DNA of 64,000 nucleotides from Octopus sinensis (taxonomy: Eukaryota), in assembly GCF_006345805.1 (NCBI RefSeq), contig NC_043007.1:32054001-32118000 (forward strand), read 5' to 3'. The position numbers were made by a program, and so were the translations under genes. Under the pieces are notes generated by a model. It did not search any database. It saw only the letters and a list, made by a program, of their open reading frames with translations, and had not been told where the DNA came from. Each line of letters starts with the position of its first letter. Within the stretch, counting starts at the first letter, position 1. Shown piece by piece: positions 58,760-64,000 of this stretch.

Positions 58760-59239
58760 AACAACAAACAAGATAAGGACAAATATCTGTCAAATGTAAA
58801 TAATGTAAATAATTCCTCATCTCTTAAATATAGAACTTCAAATGCCAAAGTGAAGGCATTTGAAAGGATACACATAAATATAATTTGTGGAACTCTTTGC
58901 AATGCTGGATCTCGGTCGAGCGCCCTGTATCTAGTTCCAGAAATTGTGTTTCATAAATGACAGACTATGCTGATTATCTTGCAGATGTTTATGTATTCAT
59001 ATACGTAAATTATTAAAAAGTGAAACTAATTAGTACATAGGTAATCGTTTTTTATTCCGTATATTTTCATTTGTTTTGCTTATTTTTACGCTTTGGTTTT
59101 TTGCTGAATTTTTTCTTGAGAACACATTCTCCATGGAAAATGGCGATTTTGACATCTATTTCTAGTATACAGGCTGTCGACTTTTAGAGGTCAATCCTCT
59201 AAATTTTGTATATATATATATACATATACATCTTCTTAG

Positions 59240-59559
59240 ACTCCGCCGGTTACGACGACGAGGGTCCCAGCTGATACGATCAACGGAACAGCTTGCTCGT
59301 GAAATTAACGTGCAAATGGCTGAGCATTCCACAGACACGTGTACCCTTAACGTAGTTCTCGGGGATAATCAGCGTGACACAGAGAGTGACAAGGCTGACC
59401 CTTTGAAATACAAGTACAACTCATTTTTGCCAGCTGAGTGGACTGGAGCAACGTGAAATAAAGTGTCTTGCTCAAGGACACAACGCGTCGCCGGGAATCG
59501 AACTCACAACCTTACGATCATGAGCCGAATGTCCTAACCACTAAGCCACGCGCCCTCAC
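59240..59559 (-). mobile_element. Young, CpG-rich tRNA-derived SINE (GCGTGGCTTAGTGG type)
   Basis: Intact A box TGGCTTAGTGG and B box GAGTTCGATTCC on the minus strand. Confidence 0.85.
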
Positions 59560-59567
59560 CTACATAT

Positions 59568-59619
<52 letters not shown>

Positions 59620-59620
<1 letters not shown>

Positions 59621-60095
59621 ACAAGTGAAAATCAAAGTCAAGTCAAATCAAATCAAATCAGAAAGCAGAACCAAAATCGAAGTCGATCAACATCAATGGA
59701 AATTGCAGCTGTGATACCAGTGCCGGTGACAAGTAAGCGAACCATCCGATCGTGGCCATTGCCAGCGTCGCCCTGACTGGCCTCCGTGCCGGTGGCACAT
59801 AAAATGCACCATCCGTTTGTGGCCGTTGCCAGCCTCGCCTGGCCCCTGTGCCAGTGGCACGTAAAAAGCACCATCTGTCCATGGCCGTTTGCCAGCTCTG
59901 TCTGGCACCTGTGCAGGTGACACATAAAAAGCACCCACTACACTCACGGAGTGGTTAACGTTAGGAAGGGCATCCAGCCGTAGAAACACTGCCAGATCAG
60001 ACTGGGCCTGATGCAGCCTTCTGGCTTCACAGACCCCAGTTGAACCGTCCAATCCATGCTAGCATGGAAAGCGGACACTAAATGATGATGATGAT
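59620..60095 (+). mobile_element. RTE LINE 3' UTR fragment with three hairpin units
   Basis: Same tail as the other RTE 3' UTR copies. Confidence 0.8.
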
Positions 60096-60345
60096 ATATA
60101 TATATATATATATATATATAACATGATATGCTCTTACAGTTTCTGTCTACCAAATCCACTTACAATACTTTGGTTAGCTAGTCCAAGGCTGTAGTAGACA
60201 ACACCTGTCCAAAGTAAGAAAAACCTCCCAAAATTGATAGAAATGTTTCAAGTAACGAACACCCATTTCTGCATCACTCTATTTAACAATGGGGTACAGT
60301 ATTTCAAATTTTCAAAATTCATCTTTTCTTTGTCTCTTTTTATAG

Positions 60346-60470
60346 TTTTTGTGGAAAACTTCATCGGCTGAGTGGAGGACCATTATGATTTTGCAGCTTA
60401 TATTTTCCCTGTACTTGAGTGTGTTAGGCTCATACAGCTTCCTGTTTGATGAGATGAATACAGAATGTAT
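60346..60470 (+). CDS. PLD3: PLD3 exon encoding the hydrophobic N-terminal segment (possible ATG at 60385)
   Basis: TCTCTTTTTATAG acceptor; open frame FLWKTSSAEWRTIMILQLIFSLYLSVLGSYSFLFDEMNTEC; GTAAGT donor, phase 2, matches the next exon. Confidence 0.78.
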
Positions 60471-63364
60471 GTAAGTACAGATGACTTTAATACTTTTTCA
60501 TACTTTAAAGGTGACTCAATAGCTCAGTAATGCTCAATAGGTTGAGTAATACTCAATAGTTGAGTAACATGATTTGATCAGGCTTTCTTTTATTTTATTT
60601 GTTTCAGTCATTTGACTTCAGCCATGCTGGAGCACCATCTTTAGTTGAGCAAATCAACTGCAGGCATATGGCAGCAATGAAGACAGTCAAAATCACGTGA
60701 TCAAAACTAAAATCACAACACACTTCAAATGCTTGCATGGTTCAGGTGGAATTCATTGAAATGGATTTTCTACACCTTGATGCCGTTCCTGTTATCACTC
60801 CTCACCTGTTCCCAAGCAAACCTGATATATTTTCCCATGACCAGTTACAATTTCACAGAACTTTGGAAAGAAAGACTACCACTGGCATGACACTGACACT
60901 CGCTTACGACACGCACGTAATGCCACGACAAATTGTGCACTTACCAAAATTTGACAAGAATGAAAATATAGGGCGGTGAGCTGGCGGAAACGTTAGCATG
61001 CTGGGTGAAATGCTTAGCTGTATTTCATCTGCCGTTACGTTCTGAGTCCAAATTCCGCCGAGGTTGACTTTGCCTGTCATCCTTTTGGGGTCAATTAAAT
61101 AAGTACCAGTTACGCACTGGGGTCGATATAATCAACTTAATCTGTTTGTCTGTCCTTGTTTGTCCCCTTTGTGTTTAGCCCCTTGTGGGCAGTAAAGAAA
61201 TAAGAATGAAAATATAATGGATATGTAGAAAGCTTCTTCCCCTACTGGCGATAAAGGGTCTCTCACTCAGAGTGAAAGGTTGATTGTACGGCGCATGTGT
61301 GCGAATTGCCATGCTTCACAGCAGTGAAACATGGGCCGTGAATGCAGAGGACATGTGTAGGCTCGTAAGAAATGAAACTAGCATGATCCGCTGGATGTGT
61401 AATATCAGTGTCCATGCAGGACAGAGTGTAAGCGCCCTGAGAGAAATGTTGGGCATAAGAAGCATCGGATATGGCGTGCAGGAGAGACGTTTGTGTTGGT
61501 ATGGTCACGTACTACGGATGGATGAGTTTGCCACTCCCAAACAGTTGAAGGAACCCAGGGAAGAAGTAGACCCAGGAATACATGGGATGAGGTGGTCAAG
61601 CATGACCTTCGAACGTTGGGCCTCACAGAGGCAGTGATGAAAGACTGAGACCTCTGGAGATATGCTGTGACTGCGAAGACCCGACAAATGAAGTGAGTTC
61701 ATGACTCACAGGACGGCCTGCTGTGCTTACCTTGGATTGTCGGGTGACCTGCTGTGCTTGTGGAGACCTATTGAGTCAAGTACATCAACATCAAAATAAA
61801 AATCAAATGGAAATTGTAGTTGTGATACCCATACCGGTGGCACATAAAAGGTACCAACCGATCATGGCCGTTTGCCAGCCTCCTCTGGCCCCTGTGCCGG
61901 TGGCATGTAAAAAACACCCACTACACTCATGGAGTGGTTGGCATTAGGAAGGGCATCCAGTGGTAGAAACACTGCCAGATCAGACTGGAGCCTGGTGGTG
62001 GTGGTGGTGGCGGTGGTGATTTTATATTACATAACTGTCAATTTATCAGATAGATTTGGTAAGCTTTCTCAACTGGACTAATCAAAGACCTTTGTATCTT
62101 TATTTCTAGGATATCCTTAGCTGAGAGTGTACCTGAAAACTTGACCTATCCTGCAGGTTCACCATCACACCTGACTACCTATGATGGCATCATGTCCCTG
62201 ATTGGAAATGCTAAGCATACAATTGAAATAGCCTCTTTTTACTGGTCACTGCAAGCAAAAGATGTATACAATTCCTCGTCATCTTGGCAAGTAAGGGTTC
62301 ATATTTCTACCTCTGGTTAATTTGCTTTTTATGTTTATTATCCTGAAAAATTTATTCAACACCATCTTGCATGTATATATTATCATCTATAAAAATAATA
62401 ATAATAATGGTATTTTTTTTAAGCTTATAGCGATCACCATGGAAATGATTAAGGAAAATAGTCGAATAATGGGACATATAAGCCCTCAGGAGAAAAAAAG
62501 TAGTCTTTCCAGTACATGTGGGACTTGAACCCACATCCCTTTGTTAATGCAACAAAGCTATTCACAAAAATAATAATGTACATTTGATTTCAATTTTTTG
62601 GCACAAAAAGGTGGCAAGCTGGCAGAAATGTTAGCACGCCAGGTGAAATGCTGAGCGGTATTTCATCTGCCGTTATGTTCTGAGTTCAAATTCCACCAAG
62701 GTCGACTTTGCCTTTCATCCTTTCGGGGTTGATAAATTAAGTACCAGTTACGCACTGGGGTCGTTATAATCGACTTAATCCGTTTGTCTGTCCTTGTTTG
62801 TCCCCTCTGTGTTTAGCCCCTTGTGGGCAGTAAAGAAATAAGAATGAAAATATAATGGATATGTAGAAAGCTTCTTCCCCTACTGGCGATAAAGGGTCTC
62901 TCACTCAGAGTGAAAGGTAGATTGTACGACGCATGTGTGGGAACTGCCATGCTTCATGGCAGTGAAACATGGGCCGTGAATACGGAGGACATGCGTAGGC
63001 GCGAAAGAAATGAAGCTAGCATGATTCCTTTTGTTATATATTTGTTTCCCTGATTTTTAAGTGCCATTTCTCCACGATAGAACGGTCAGTTTGGGAAATG
63101 TCAATTTTGACATTTGCGTAGTCTTGGAATTACATAAATCTATTTATTTCTCTACATTTCTAGGATTATAACTTCAACATTTTTAGCTGTGTGTTTATAT
63201 TTTATTTTTTTAGTTGTATATAACTTTTCTTTTACTTTAGGGAGAGAACATCTTTAAAAAACTCATTGATGCTGGAAAGAATAGGAAAATTACAATAAAA
63301 ATTGTTCAGAATAAACCGAACCCACGATTTCCTAATACTGATACAAAAATCCTCAGCAAAGAAG
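60346..63364 (+). CDS. PLD3: PLD3/PLD4-family phospholipase D / lysosomal 5'-3' exonuclease, 5' part (incomplete, continues past the window end)
   Basis: Exons 60346-60470, 62110-62290 and 63241-63364 splice in frame: ...ECMISLAESVPENLTYPAGSPSHLTTYDGIMSLIGNAKHTIEIASFYWSL...GENIFKKLIDAGKNRKITIKIVQNKP. This matches PLD3 CEAVLVESIPEGL...LDIASFYWTL...GEEVL. The HKD motifs are not in the window. Confidence 0.85.
60971..61201 (+). mobile_element. tRNA-derived SINE with 15-bp target-site duplication AAGAATGAAAATATA
   Basis: TSD at 60956-60970 and 61202-61216. Confidence 0.88.
61228..62005 (+). mobile_element. 5'-truncated RTE LINE in a PLD3 intron
   Basis: LYGACVRIAMLHSSETWAVNAEDM.RL.RNE.SM.RWMC...RRL.WYGHVLRMDE, then the 3' UTR. 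Confidence 0.88.
62110..62290 (+). CDS. PLD3: PLD3 exon (ESVPENL...IASFYWSL)
   Basis: TTTCTAG acceptor and GTAAGG donor; family-conserved peptide. Confidence 0.92.
62609..63025 (+). repeat. Second copy of the SINE-TSD-RTE junction (local duplicate of about 60975-61390)
   Basis: 62808-62918 is identical to 61170-61280 (111 bp). Confidence 0.9.
63241..63364 (+). CDS. PLD3: PLD3 exon (GENIFKKL...DTKILSKE)
   Basis: TTTTACTTTAG acceptor and GTAACT donor; in phase with the previous exon. Confidence 0.88.
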
Positions 63365-63474
63365 GTAACTTTATCATAAATGTTTCATTCTAGTGTAAAA
63401 TTTTCTTCAATACTTTTCTCTTCTATGCCAGTCTTGAACCCTCAATGGCTTCCTTCAGCCAGGAACGAACAATA

Positions 63475-63848
63475 TATATGTGCAGGGGCCATGGAAAAAG
63501 CATCCATGCTAGGGTCACATAAAAATCACCTGTACTGGTGCCACATTAAAAGCACTAGGACAGTACCATGTAAAAAGCACCTGGGGCCAGTGTCACATAA
63601 AAATCACCCATGCCAGTGCTATGTAAAAGGTACCCATGCTGGCACCACATAAAAAGCACCTGGGCTGGTGCCACATAAAAAGTACCCAGTACACTCCGTA
63701 AAGTGGTTGGCATAAAGAAGCGCATACAACCATAGAAACTATGCCAAAACAGACACTGCAGCCTGGTGCAGCTCTCTTGCTGGTCAACCCCTGTCAAACT
63801 GTCCAACCCATGTCAGTATAGAAGACAGACATTAAATGATGATGATGT
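63475..63848 (+). mobile_element. RTE-type 3' UTR with an expanded array of GTGCCACATAAAAAGCACC-like units
   Basis: About 7 degenerate units followed by the standard tail and (GAT)n. Confidence 0.75.
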
Positions 63849-64000
63849 GTGACTGTGAGAAGTACGGAATGACAGTCAGAGCATGTGTTTCCTATATTGT
63901 GGTTTGGTCTGCTTTTAAATTTTGTGAGTTGTCCTTATTTGGATGATGGACTTTGATAGAGATAGCAACACCAATGTACATTCAGAAGTTGATGACAAAG

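Overview
AT-rich, microsatellite- and transposon-dense animal genomic DNA. The repeat families look like those of Octopus (a coleoid cephalopod); this is inferred from recalled repeat sequences, not from a search. Two spliced genes lie on the + strand. The first is a complete 8-exon DHRS7-type short-chain dehydrogenase/reductase (32080-42000, 322 aa, all GT-AG introns in phase) whose catalytic Ser is replaced by Ala. The second is the 5' part (three exons, 60346-63364) of a PLD3/PLD4-family lysosomal phospholipase D/5' exonuclease that runs off the window end. The remainder is mostly mobile-element debris: about 20+ 3' ends of one RTE LINE family, CR1 and Penelope-like fragments, three tRNA-derived SINE types, mariner and maT (DD37D) remnants, TTAA (piggyBac-type) MITEs, a GG..CC/8-bp-TSD (Merlin-like) MITE and Helitron/HINE-like elements. 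The most notable non-coding signals are several Penelope-type minimal hammerhead ribozyme motifs (the best preserved at 49804-49902, minus strand) and many long fold-back inverted repeats, some inside DHRS7 introns. No rRNA, bona fide tRNA or CRISPR array was found.
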